Source: Macrostomum lignano
Taxonomy: Eukaryota
Length of the DNA stretch: 64,000 nucleotides
Assembly (NCBI GenBank): GCA_002269645.1
Contig: NIVC01002999.1
Location: forward strand, 62,608 to 126,607
Direction: 5' to 3'
Position 1 is the first letter of the stretch. Each line of letters begins with the position of its first letter. Shown piece by piece: positions 1-11,479 of the stretch. A program made the translations under genes and the position numbers. The notes under the pieces are model-generated. The model had not been told where the DNA came from, searched no databases, and saw only the letters and a list, made by a program, of their open reading frames with translations.

Positions 1-20
1 CAGCAGAACAGAGAGATAGG

Positions 21-2925
21 GTGATTCAGCTCGTAAAAGAGCATAGAGAGGCCTTTTCTCAACATGGTCTAGATATGGGCTTAACATCACTAGTCACGCA
101 TGAGATCTCGCTAAGGGATGAGACACCTGTTAGGATTCCGACTAGAAGGATTCCCCCTCATCTGCAGAAACAGGTAGATGCTCAGCTAGATGACATGTTA
201 GCTAAGAACTTAATTAGGCCATGCTATTCGACCTATTCAACACCTTTAGTGATCGTGCCGAAGAAAGATGGTACTATTCGAATAGTCAGTGATTTTAGAG
301 TGCTGAATTCACGAGTGAACTACTTTCCGTATCCGCTGCCAAATATTCAGGAGACATTTTCAAACTTAACAGGCAGTCAGTATTTTAGTAGCCTTGACCT
401 GAATTCTGGTTATTGGCAAGTTCCGATAAAAGAGGAACACAAGTTTATGACTGCATTTTCAACATTAACAAGAGGTCAGTTTGAGTATCAAGTTATGGCT
501 CAGGGCTTATCTAATGCCCCAGGTACTTTTCAAAGGCTTATGAATCTAGTGTTAGCAGGCATTCAGCATAAATATGCCATGTCATACATAGATGATATAG
601 TGACCTATTCTAAGCAGTTCGAAGATCATTTAGAACACCTTAAGGAGGTATTTAAAAGACTAATTAGTGCAGGACTGAAACTAAGAGCTAAAAAGTGCAA
701 CCTATTTCATAGCGAACTAAAATATTTAGGCCATGTAATTGGAAGAGAAGGAATTAGGACTGATGAAGCTAAGATAGAAGCCATTAGGAGCTGGCCAAAG
801 CCAAAGGATGTAAAAGAGCTAAGAAGTTTCTTAGGATTATGCAATTATTATAGTCGCTTTGTTAAGAATTATGCTGAGGCTGCACATCCGTTATTTCAAC
901 TAACTAGGAAAGGAGTGCAGAACTTTCAGGCAAAGTGGACTAGAGCTCATGATGAAGCATTTGAAGAGCTTAAGAAAAGAATGATGTCAACAGAAGTGTT
1001 AGCCTATCCAGAGTTTGTAGACGATGAGAATGTTAGAATGGTCTTAGACACTGATGCTAGTGATGGACGCATAGGGGCCTGCCTAGGCCAAATCCAGTCA
1101 GATGGCATCGAGAGGCCTATAGCATATTTCAGTCGGGCTATGAAAGAAACAGAGAAGCGCTATCCAATAACTAGAAAAGAGTTGCTAGCGTTAGTAGACG
1201 CAATGAAGCATTTTAGATTTTATCTGATAGGAAAGCGATTTTTAGCGCGCACAGATCATAAGGCGATTTTATGGTTGTTAAGGCAAACAGAGGCCCAAGG
1301 GATTCTAGGACGTTGGGTGGAACGCTTAAATGAATTTCAATTCGATATTGAGCATAGAAGCGGTGCCAAACATTCCAACGCGGACAGTTTGTCCAGAAGA
1401 CCGGCAGAAGTAGCTGAGGCAACCGAAATTGAGCAAGGCGTGAAAGCCTATGAAAGCGAATTTGAGCAAGGCGTGAAAGCCTATGACAGTGAGATTAAGC
1501 AAGGCGTGAAAGCCTATGAAAGTGAAATTAAGCAAGGCGTGAAAGCCTGTGAAAGTGAAAAGGGCGTGAAGCCGATAGACAGCGTGAATGCTGCAGTAGG
1601 CGAGACAGTAGAAGAAGGAGAAAGAGAGATGCAGACTTCGCATCCCGAGGACTCAGAGTCTAGGATCAAGTCATTAGTCATTTCAGGAGTAGAAGGTGCG
1701 AAGGTAGAAGATGTGTCAGCACCGAGTTCAAGCTTAACGCAACAGAACAGAGACACTGAACCTGATCACAGAGAGAGTGAGATACCTAAAGTTACAAAAT
1801 TACTAACTGACTACTTGCAAGTACCATTGAAGAAGGAGCAAATTGTTAAAGCTCAGAGGGAAGACACAGCAATCTGCACACTAATAGAGTGGAAGCAAGA
1901 AAATCTGTCAGTCCCGCCAATTCAGAAAAATGAGTCAGTCGAACTGAAGCAGTTAAGACGAAAATATGAGAAAATGAAGTTAGAGAGAAATCTGTTGACT
2001 ATAGAAGAAGAAGGAATCTGGAAAATAGTTTTGCCTAAATCTTTAGATAAGCTAGTGTTTAGCGATCTGCATGATAGCCCGCTAGCAGGACATTTAGGTA
2101 GAGACAAAACAGTTCAGCGAGTTAGAGAGAGATTTTGGAGACCAGGCTTAGTAGCCGCAGTAGAAAAGCATGTGGCAGAATGCATCCCTTGCTTAGAGAG
2201 CAAAAGAGGCCATAAAGTGCAAGCTCCGATTCAGTCATTTCCAATTAGTGAGCCATTTCACCGGTTACACATAGATGTGATAGGGCCAATTTCAAAAATT
2301 AGCAAAAGAGGCCATCAGTATGTGTTGACAATAGTAGACAGCAATACTCGCTATCCGTTTGCATTTCCAATGCGCAATCAAAAAGCTGACACAATTATTA
2401 AGCTATTGCAAGAAAGAGTATTTAGTGAATATGGCCAATGCCAATGGATTCACACAGATAATGGCAAGGCATTCACTAGCAAACAATTTAGTGCATTCTG
2501 TGAGTTGTACAATGTGAAGCATACTTTCACAACTCCATATCACGCACAGAGCAATGGTTTAGTTGAGAGATTTAACAAGCAGGTCAAATCAATAGTCACA
2601 TGCCTGATTGAGAAAGATCATAGCAATTGGGATCTATTAATTCCAGCAGCTTTAGTCGCAGTTAGAACTAGCGTTAATCAGACTACAGGCTATTCGCCGC
2701 ATTTCTTATTGTTTGGCAGAGAGGCAGTTTTGCCCATAGACAGCGAACTTAGAGAGCCAAACCAATACGCTAACTATCCGACCTATGTAGCCGAACATGC
2801 CGAGAGATTAGAGAGTGCTAGAAAAATAGTTAAGGAAAAGTTTGAGAAAGTGCATGACAAAAGGCAGACAGACGCCGAGAATCAGAAAAAGCCAAAGGCT
2901 ATCGAAGTAGGAAGTTTAGTACTAA
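21..2925 (+). CDS. pol: Gypsy pol, first part: reverse transcriptase, RNase H, integrase (frame runs off the left edge; the GTG at 21 is not a real start)
   Basis: RT YIDD and QGLSNAPGTFQR; RNase H DTDAS, ELLA, TDH; integrase HHCC (HDSPLAGH..C..C) and DDE (HIDVIGP, HTDNG, GLVERFN). Track residues after EVGSLVL are read from the inserted Helitron. Confidence 0.95.
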
Positions 2926-3151
2926 CTAGCAATCTACGCCCCCCGTTGGGGAGCCAAAGAAATGCAATACACGTTTTTTTAATATGCTACATGTATCCTT
3001 GAAATCTTAAAAAATCTCCTGTCAAACCTTGTAAGCCTTGACATGTCAGTAATTCCCCCCACAAGCTTTAACATATCAACTCCCCCCCCCCCCTGACATC
3101 TCAGCAATGCCCCCAATAAGCCTTGAAAATCTAAAAATATCTGTCAACCTT

Positions 3152-3243
3152 CTAACCCTAATCAAAACCTAACCCTAACTCTAACCCTAGCCTAACCCTA
3201 GCCCTAACCCTAACCCTAACCCTAACCCTAACCCTAACCCTAA
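3152..3243 (-). repeat. Interstitial telomeric-type repeat (TTAGGG)n
   Basis: Seven perfect CCCTAA units at 3202-3243 plus degenerate units from 3152. Confidence 0.9.
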
Positions 3244-3354
3244 AGCATTGAAATTTCAGTAATTCTCTCTAAGAGTCATTATAGCACTACTACAGCATTA
3301 TAGCGATTCCCTGCAAGCCTCGACATCGTAGGGATTCCCAAATGAATCTCTTAA

Positions 3355-5505
3355 CTTCGACATGAAGCTTCTTTTATTTTTTACATTACGCTTTAATGAT
3401 GTTTTAGATGACGCTTCTATGATTTTTTACATGACGCTTCTATGATTTTTTACATGACGCTTCTATGATTGTTTACACGACGCTTCTATGATTTTTTACA
3501 TGACGCTTTTATGATTTTTACATGACGCTTCTATGATTGTTTACATGACGCTTCTATGATTGTTTATATGACGCTTCTATGATTTTTTACATGACGCTTC
3601 TATGATTTTTTACATGACGCTTCTATGATTGTTTACACGATGCTTCTATGATTTTTTACATGACGCTTCTATGATTTTTTACATGACGCTTCTATGATTT
3701 TTTACATGACGCTTCTATGATTATTTCATGACGCTTCTACGATTTCTGCAGGACGCTTCAATAATTTTTACATGACACCTCTATGATTTTTACATGACGC
3801 TTCTATGATTGTTTATATGACGCTTCTATGCTTTTTACATGACGCTTCTATGATTTTTTACATGACTCTTCTATGATTGTTTACATGACGCTTCCATGAT
3901 TGTTTACATGACGCTTCTATGATTTTTTACATGACGCTTCTATGATTGTTTACATGACGCTTCTATGATTGTTTACATGACGCTTCTATGATTTTTTAAA
4001 TGACGTTTTTTTTGATTTTTATATGACGCCTCTATGATTTTTTACATGACGCTTCTATGATTTTTATATTACGCTCTTACGATTTTTTACATGACGCTTC
4101 TATGATTGTTTACACGATGCTTCTATGATTTTTTACATGACTCTTCTATGATTTTTACATGACGCTTTAATGATTTTTTCATGACGCTTCTACGATTTTT
4201 TACATGAAGCTTCTATGATTGTTTACATGACGCTTCTATGATTGTTTACATGACGCTTCTATGATTGTTTACATGACGCTTCTATGATTTTTTACATGAC
4301 ACTTCTATGCTTTTTACATGATGCTTCCACGATTTTTTACATGACACTTCTACGATTTTTTACATGACGCTTCTATGATTTCTTACATGACGCTTCCATG
4401 ATTGTTTACATGACGCTTCTATGATTGTTTACATGACGCTTCTATGATTGTTTACATGACGCTTCTATGATTTTTTACATGACGCTTCTATGATTTTTAT
4501 ATGACGCTTCTACGATTTTTTACATGACTCTTTTATGATTTTTTACATGACGCTTCTCTGATTGTTTACATGACGCTTCTATGATTGTTTACACGACGCT
4601 TCTATTATTTTTTACATGACACTTCTATGCTTTTTACATGATGCTTCCACGATTTTTTACATGACACTTCTACGATTTTTTACATGACGCTTCTATGATT
4701 TCTTACATGACGCTTCCATGATTGTTTACATGACGCTTCTATGATTGTTTACATGACGCTTCTATGATTTTTTAAATGACGCTTCTATGATTTTTATATG
4801 ACGCTTCTACGATTTTTTACATGACTCTTTTATGATTTTTTACATGACGCTTCTCTGATTGTTTACATGACGCTTCTATGATTGTTTACACGACGCTTCT
4901 ATTATTTTTTACATGACGCTTCTATGATTTTTTACATGACTCTTCTATGATTGTTTACATGACGCTTCTATGATTGTTTACATGACGCTTCTATGATTTT
5001 TTAAATGACGTTTTTTTGATTTTTATATGACGCCTCTATGATTTTTTAAATGACGCTTCTATGATTTTTTAAATGACGTTTTTTTGATTTTTATATGACG
5101 CCTCTATGATTTTTTAAATGACGCTTCTATGATTTTTATATTACGCTCTTACGATTTTTTACATGACGCTTCTATGATTGTTTGCATGACGCTTCTATGA
5201 TTGTTTACATGACGCTTCTATGATTTTTTACATGACGCTTCTATGATTGTTTACATGACGCTTCTATGATTTTTTACATGACGCTTCTATGATTGTTTAC
5301 ATGACGCTTCTATGATTGTTTGCATGACGCTTCTATGATTGTTTACATGACGCTTCTATGATTTTTTACATGACGCTTCTATGATTGTTTACATGACGCT
5401 TCTATGATTTTTTACATGACGCTTCTATGCTTTTTACATGATGCTTCCACGATTTTTTACATGACGCTTCTATGATTTTTTACATGACGCTTTTATGATT
5501 TTTTT
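3355..5505. repeat. About 22-23 bp minisatellite inside the Helitron (ATGACGCTTCTATGATT(T/G)TTTAC)
   Basis: Direct inspection: roughly 2.1 kb of tandem units. Confidence 0.95.
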
Positions 5506-6147
5506 AGTTTTCTTGGCGTTAAAAAGCTTTAATTAAAAAAACTCTACTCTCTAAAAATTCGAACCATCGTTTCTGCATTTAGCAGTTCAGTCTGTTTACC
5601 TCTAGGCTAGCTCTCATCGTTTTGATAACATGAATTTTAGCACTTATAATTATAAGTTTCAAAACTCCAAGCATAGAGTAAATCACACGAGGCAGTTATT
5701 ACATAATCAATTTCTCAGTCAGTCAGTATCAGTTAACAATATGGTTGCGCAATCTAAATCAAGTCTGCAGTGCTACGCTTCCACACTGCATTTTCAATAC
5801 TGTGACGCAATTCAAGTCGGAGTTACAATTCAGTTATGATGTAATCTATTTCAGAATCAGAATTCAACCAGTCAGTTTTTTCTCTAGCATTCTTACAATG
5901 CATTTCAAGTCGAAAAGTTTGCTTGACCTTTGCAAAAAAGCATGTTTTTCGAATATTTAATCGCTTTAACATGGAGCAATTTCTTAGCCAAGATGCATGT
6001 ACCGTCCCAGGAAAATTTCTGATCGAACAGTGCAAGTTCGAAGAAAATCGGTCCAGCCATTTTTTCTCTAATCGATTGCGTACAAACAAACAACTCATTT
6101 TTAGTATATAGGAAGATTTAGTATATTTAGATTTTTAGTATATTGGA

Positions 6148-6899
6148 TTAATAATCCACAACTTAACATTGACGAATCTAATAAGTTTCATAGGAAAAAG
6201 CGAGCCGCCTTTCGAGTGCTTAAGCAAATCTCAGAAGTAGTTTTTAAGATTCAAAAAGAAGAAGAAGGCGAGTTAGTAGGCAACAAGTTATTAGTACATA
6301 GGGATAACATAGCCCCAGTGCCAAACTCTGTGAAAGAGCCAATAGATAAGGGAAGCCAGGAGAGCGCTGAGACAGTAGAAATTATTAATAAGGAGAGCCA
6401 GACGAAAGCTAAGCATTCAAATAAAAGAAATCAGCAGGAGGTAGGACAATCAAGCAAGGGAAGCCACGCCAGAAAGAATAGACTAGAAGAACCAGTTATC
6501 GAATTAGAAGAAGAAAGCTCTGATGAGGAACAGCCGAAGTGGTTTTGCAAGATTCGTGAAAATGAACAATCGGTACATGAGAATGAATCAGAGTTGGAAG
6601 CGGAGTCAGAAGCTGAGATAGAAAATAATATGCAACATGAGAGCCTAGTGGAAGAGGAGATGGAGAGGTCAGAGCGAGAGGGAGGAGAAGTAACGATCGA
6701 TAACAGACGCGAAACAGAACAGGGGGAAGGAAAAGGCGCGCATGCGGGCCACACTGAGAATGGGGGTACGCCAGACAAAGAGGGTAATAAAACTAAACCA
6801 TATAACACACGCAGCCGTACTAGGCCACCAGTCAAATGCCAGTGTTATCTAAAAAAGCTTGCTACTGTATGGAGACTATTAGAAAAATTAAACTTTTAG
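6148..6899 (+). CDS. pol: Gypsy pol continuation: GPY/F-like integrase C-terminus plus acidic tail
   Basis: Joining 2925 to 6148 gives in-frame EVGSLVL-I-NNPQLNIDESNKFHRKKRAAFRVLKQISEVVFKIQ...LLVHRDNIAP; ends PYNTRSRTRPP..., stop at 6897-6899. Confidence 0.85.
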
Positions 6900-6901
6900 C
6901 C

Positions 6902-7034
6902 AGCCAATAGGAATTCAGTTGCGGTTTAAATCAAGTGTTTATTGCGCAAGAGCCAATAAGATAATTTACAAAGATTAAAACAAGTAGTTTGTTTAAATTA
7001 ACTCAGCGGGGGGGAAGTTAATTTATATAAAAGG
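6902..7034 (+). promoter_or_regulatory. Candidate internal Pol II promoter (two CCAAT boxes + TATA) for the Gypsy accessory ORF
   Basis: AGCCAAT at 6902 and 6951, TTTATATAAAAGG at 7022-7034, ATG at 7102; same CCAAT-TATA layout as the LTR. Confidence 0.5.
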
Positions 7035-7101
7035 AGACACTTAATCAGGAAGGAGTCAGGATGGACTCTAAATCTAACAGTCAAAATTAAACTAGCTAGC
7101 T

Positions 7102-8165
7102 ATGGACGAAATAGATCTGTTCGCAGACTTTGAAGATTTACTAGGAGATTTTACTATCCCAGTAGGGCAAGAGGCGGTAGTCGCCCAGCAGCCGCAGCAG
7201 CAAGAGGCGGTAGTCGCCCAGCAGCCGCAGCAGCAAGAGGCGGTGGTCGCCCAGCAGCCGCAGCAGCAAGAGGCGGTGGTCGCCCAGCAGCCGAAGCAGC
7301 AAGAGGCGGTAGTCGCCCAGCAGCCGCAGCAGCAAGAGGCGGTAGTCGCCCAGCAGCCGCAGCAGCAGCAGGCAGTAGTCACCCAGCAGTCAGAAACGAT
7401 AGTTATTGAGGATCAAGAAGCAGAGGCAGCCATCGACCAAGGAAGAAGCACCCGACTAAAGTCTGTGGTAATACGGCCGGCAGCACAGAAGGTGCCTGTG
7501 CCGCATAATCCGCAGGCTCGAGCGTCATTACTACGTGATCAAGCCAACAGACCAGTTGAAATAAGCGATAACATTCGCAAGCGACAGCCGCCAGGAGCGA
7601 ACGCGACTCAGTTTATTACCATCAAACAGCCTAGACTCATTCTGCCGCGACAGCAGTCGAGACCGCAGCCAACAGTCATGTCATCGCAAAGTACGTCATC
7701 GGCGCAGCCTCAGGCCCCGGCCATTGGAAGGCAGGCAGCCTCAGCAGTGACACTAAGAAGCCACCGATCGCAGAACCCGATGGCCTTGGGGCTAATTTCG
7801 CGGCCGTGCTGCAGGAAGTTCCGACTCATCTTCAAGAACCATACAAACAGGCCATCATGAAGATCAAGTCTTACCTGCTCAGCGTGGCTTTGCTCAGAAT
7901 AGATGGGAGAGGCTTCTTGCCTCAAACCAAAGAGCCAGAAACGGCAATCGAGGAACTTCAGGCCAACTTTTCGCATGAGCAGTGTATAGCGGCCTGGCGA
8001 AAGGCTGTTACGTACGCTCTACATGATCTCACCCAATCGGCTTGGTTTTACCAGCAGGCACAGCTGCGGTTCGAGGTCTGCTGGATGGCCGACAAGTTGG
8101 GATGGCCAGTCAAGAACAGCTTGCCATCAGAATTCGGTATGAATATAGGTAATAGGCGTAATTAA
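7102..8165 (+). CDS. Gypsy accessory ORF of unknown function, in two overlapping frames (7102-7860; second frame open 7635-8165)
   Basis: Lies between pol stop and PPT; 11-aa EAVVAQQPQQQ repeats, then a globular-looking C-terminal region in the other frame; no obvious signal peptide or TM segment. Confidence 0.55.
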
Positions 8166-8194
8166 CATTTTGCTGACACTCACGAATTGCTTAA

Positions 8195-8505
8195 CCTGTA
8201 CTTATTCATTTACTTAACCTGTGCTTATTCATTTGCTTAACCTGTGCTTATTCATTTGCTTAACCTGTGCTTATTCATTTGCTTAACCTGTGCTTATTCA
8301 TTTGCTTAACCTGTGCTTATTCATTTGCTTAACCTGTACTTATCCATATTGCTTAAATCTGTGCCACGATGCTATTTTACTTATTCATTTACTTAACCTG
8401 TGCTTATTCATTTGCTTAACCTGTGCTTATTCATTTACTTAACCTGTGCTTATTCATTTACTTAACCTGTGCTTATTCATTTGCTTAACCTGTACTTATC
8501 CATAT
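8195..8505. repeat. 23 bp tandem repeat in the Gypsy 3' UTR (TTATTCATTTGCTTAACCTGTGC)
   Basis: Direct inspection. Confidence 0.9.
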
Positions 8506-8681
8506 TGTTTAATCGGTGCTATGATGCGATTTTCTTTTACTATTTAGCTCACTAATACTATTCACTTGCATAATTTGTGAGTATCTGTATTGTTTTCGTA
8601 TGCTACTTATAGTATTGTTCATGTAATTTGTATTTTTTCACACATATAATTAATTCAAAAATCCAATTAAGGGAAGCCAGT

Positions 8682-9771
8682 TGTAATAGGGTCGATCTTT
8701 TATTCTTACTAATAGTAGTTTTAAGCGGGTTTAATGAGCTATTTTTACTCAGCCAATCAGTAAATTTCCTTGTTTAAATCCCTTAATTATTTTGTTTTAA
8801 CTAACTTCAGCCAATGGAGTTTAATAATTTGTTATAATTTCGTAAGCTATTTTGTTATAATTAATTTCATCCAATCAAATTAAGTTTTATCCTCTATATA
8901 AACGGAACGATTGACCAAGAATAAAATTAACTGGCTCTTCCGCGAATTTTCGCGAGCTCGCTCTCAACCGGAGAAGAAGCGTTTTTGCCATCCAAACCAA
9001 AACGTGAGTTGAAACTTGCGAGTCTTAGTTCTTTGTAGGAATAGGGAGAAATCAGAGGTCGTGGAGACCCAGAACTAGGGATCTGAATAGGGAGAAATCA
9101 GAGGTCGTGGAGACCCAGAACTAAGGATCTGAATAGGGAGAAATCAGAGGTCGTGGAGACCCAGAACTAAGGATCTGAATAGGGAGAAATCAGAGGTCGT
9201 GGAGACCCAGAACTAGGGATCTAAATAGGGAGAAATCAGAGGTCGTGGAGACCCAGAACTAGGATCTAAATAGGGAGAAATCAGAGGTCGTGGAGACCCA
9301 GAACTAGGATCTAAATAGGGGGAAATCAGAGGTCGTGGAGACCCAAGACAGAGGTCTAAAATTAAGGAGAAATTTAAGGTCGTGCAGACTCTAAGGAAGC
9401 CGTACTGGCTAATAATAGGTATTAGGCGCTAGGAAATTAGGCATTAGAGGAGTGAATTAGCTACTGCTGGACACCCTTGATCCTCGGAAAACGCTAGACT
9501 TTCGGACTAAAATTAGGAAATTAGACAGTGTCTTACCGCTCGGGCACTACACGCTATCACAAGGTTTCCAAGAAATCGTGTGAAATTAGAGAAGGGTCAT
9601 AGTTCAGAGGCAGCCAATACTACTAGAAGTAGACAGCTTAGGGACAGGAACCAGAAAGTCTGTGAAAGGCTCAGTAGCTTTAAGGTGGAATTGCAGTTAG
9701 AACGAGTACGTCTGCGACAACTTGGTGACATCTAGTGGGATCTAGAAGAAGGAGGAAACAAATCTGTAACA
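8682..9771 (+). repeat. Probable 3' LTR, containing about seven 46 bp tandem units at 9040-9345
   Basis: Begins TGTAATA after the purine tract AAGGGAAGCCAG; CCAAT boxes (about 8751, 8809, 8870) and TATATAAA (8895); ends TGTAACA at 9771 where unrelated repeats begin. The 5' LTR is not available, so the right boundary is inferred. Confidence 0.6.
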
Positions 9772-10510
9772 TAAAGACTTGCTAAGATGGGAGTTGCTAA
9801 GATATCAAAGCTCATGGATGGAATCGCTGAGTTGACAAGGCTCATGAAGAAATTGCTGAGATATCAAGGCTCATAAGGGGATTGCTGAATTCTTGGGGGA
9901 GGGGAGTTGGGTTGTTGGGATGTCAAGGCTTACTGGGGGAATTGGTGAGATTTCAAGGCTTACTGGGGGAATTGGTGAGATTTCAAGGCTTACTGGGGAG
10001 GAATTGCTAAGATGCCAAGGCTCATGGACTCATGGTTGTTGGGCGATTGTCAGGTAGTCAGGTAGTACGGCTGAAGTAGCTCATGTAATTCAGATAATGA
10101 AATTGTACACACAAGTGATGCTGATTTCTGCTAATAGGAAATACCAGCGCATTTATTAAAGGTTTCATTCTTTGATTTAGGCTAATAAGAGAGTCTAAGG
10201 ACGTCAATGATTTGCATATTTGCTGCGGATCAGAATATGCCCGGCCAGCGACGATATGCACTAAGAGTTTGTGCTTGAAAGGATAAGCACTATTTGCTGA
10301 TTGAGAAAGGGTTTTGGGCTGATGAAGGAAACTTTTTTGGCTGATGAAAGTTCTGATTCATGGCAATTTATTTTTGCCAAAATGAGAAAAGGTAATTTTT
10401 GATTAATGGAAATCAACATTTTGGATAATTAAAGTAAGGTTACTCTTGTGTCAAAATAAAAACCAATTGGTGTCATTTTCGGGCTCCCCAGCGGGGGGCT
10501 AAATGGCTAG
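9772..10510 (+). mobile_element. 3' part of a Helitron-like element
   Basis: 30 bp repeats related to 3030-3130, then hairpin CTCCCCAGCGGGGGG + CTAAATGG + CTAG|T at 10507-10511. Confidence 0.7.
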
Positions 10511-10841
10511 TCTTCTAAATATACTAAATCTCTAATATTTGTATGCTTGAATGAATTCTAATATACTAAAAGTCCTACCTTTGTTTGTTTGTCTGTCTGT
10601 TTGTGAATGATCCAATATACTAAATTGCTATCTGGGGGATGCTTGCAGTCTGGGGGATGCTTGCTATTTGGGGATCGATGCTTGAATGCTGTCTGAGGAT
10701 GCTTGCTGTCTTGGGATGTTTTGTTTTTAGAGGGAATGTCTGTTGTTTTTTATGAAGGCTTTATTTTGCTGTCTATTTGTTATTTGTAAAGAACAAGGAT
10801 TCTATCCAGATGTCCCCCACGGGGGGGGCGAAGATTGCTAG
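10511..10841 (+). mobile_element. Miniature Helitron-like element (deletion derivative)
   Basis: TC..AATATACTAAA starts at 10511 and 10611, GTTT/GTCT microsatellite, 3' end CCCCCACGGGGGGGG-CGAAGATTG-CTAG nearly identical to that at 12813. Confidence 0.8.
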
Positions 10842-11479
10842 TCCAATATACTAAAAATCAAAACTATGTCCAATATACTAAAAATGAGTTGTCTGTATGT
10901 TTGTATGTGGGTAGGTATGCGATAGATTTCAGAAAAATTGGCTCAACCGATTTTCTTCAAACTTGCACCATTCGATCAGAAATTTTCCTGGGACGGTACA
11001 TGCATCTTGGCTAAGAAATTGCTCAATGTTAAAGGGATTAAATATTCGAAAAACATGCTTTTTTGCAAAGATCAAGCAGCTCTTTCGACCTGAAATGCAT
11101 TGTAAGAATGCTAGAGAAAAAACTGACTGACTGAATTCCGATTGTGATAAAGATTGCATCACAACAAGTTGAAAACAGTGCCGAAGAAATGCACACACGA
11201 CATGATTTAAATTGCGTAACCATATTGCTAACTTAAATTGAGACTGATACTGGCTGACTGAGAAATTGATTATGTCATAACTTTTTACTCCAATTGACTT
11301 GCTGTAAGAATTGAATTATAAGGGCCACAATTCATGTTCTCCAATTGAAAAGAGATAGCCCTGATGCGAACAGACTGGAATGCTAATGTAGCGACCTGGG
11401 TTCGAATCTTAGAAGCGCAAAATAATTTTTTTATTAAAACACCTTAAAAACAAAAAAACTGCTAAACATAAAAAAGCGC

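Larger units (their letters stand above)
2926..6147 (-). mobile_element. Non-autonomous Helitron-like element (3222 bp)
   Basis: Minus strand starts TCCAATATACTAAA (6147), ends hairpin CTCCCCAACGGGGGG + CGTAGATTG + CTAG (2926), sits between A and T with no TSD; about 600 bp at the 5' end is homologous to 10869-11460. Confidence 0.88.
1..9771 (+). mobile_element. Ty3/Gypsy LTR retrotransposon, 3' portion (5' LTR, gag and protease lie outside the window), interrupted by a Helitron at 2926-6147
   Basis: RT-RNaseH-integrase domain order, accessory ORF, purine tract at 8669-8680, then TG-starting LTR-like segment 8682-9771. Confidence 0.9.

Noticed and set aside
2926-3002. C-terminal 25 residues of ORF 21-3002 as part of pol
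   Set aside because: Read-through into the Helitron; the true continuation is at 6148
3355-5505. CRISPR-like or subtelomeric interpretation of the repeat block
   Set aside because: No unique spacers and the context is eukaryotic; the block is bounded by Helitron termini inside a Gypsy, so it is not a chromosome end
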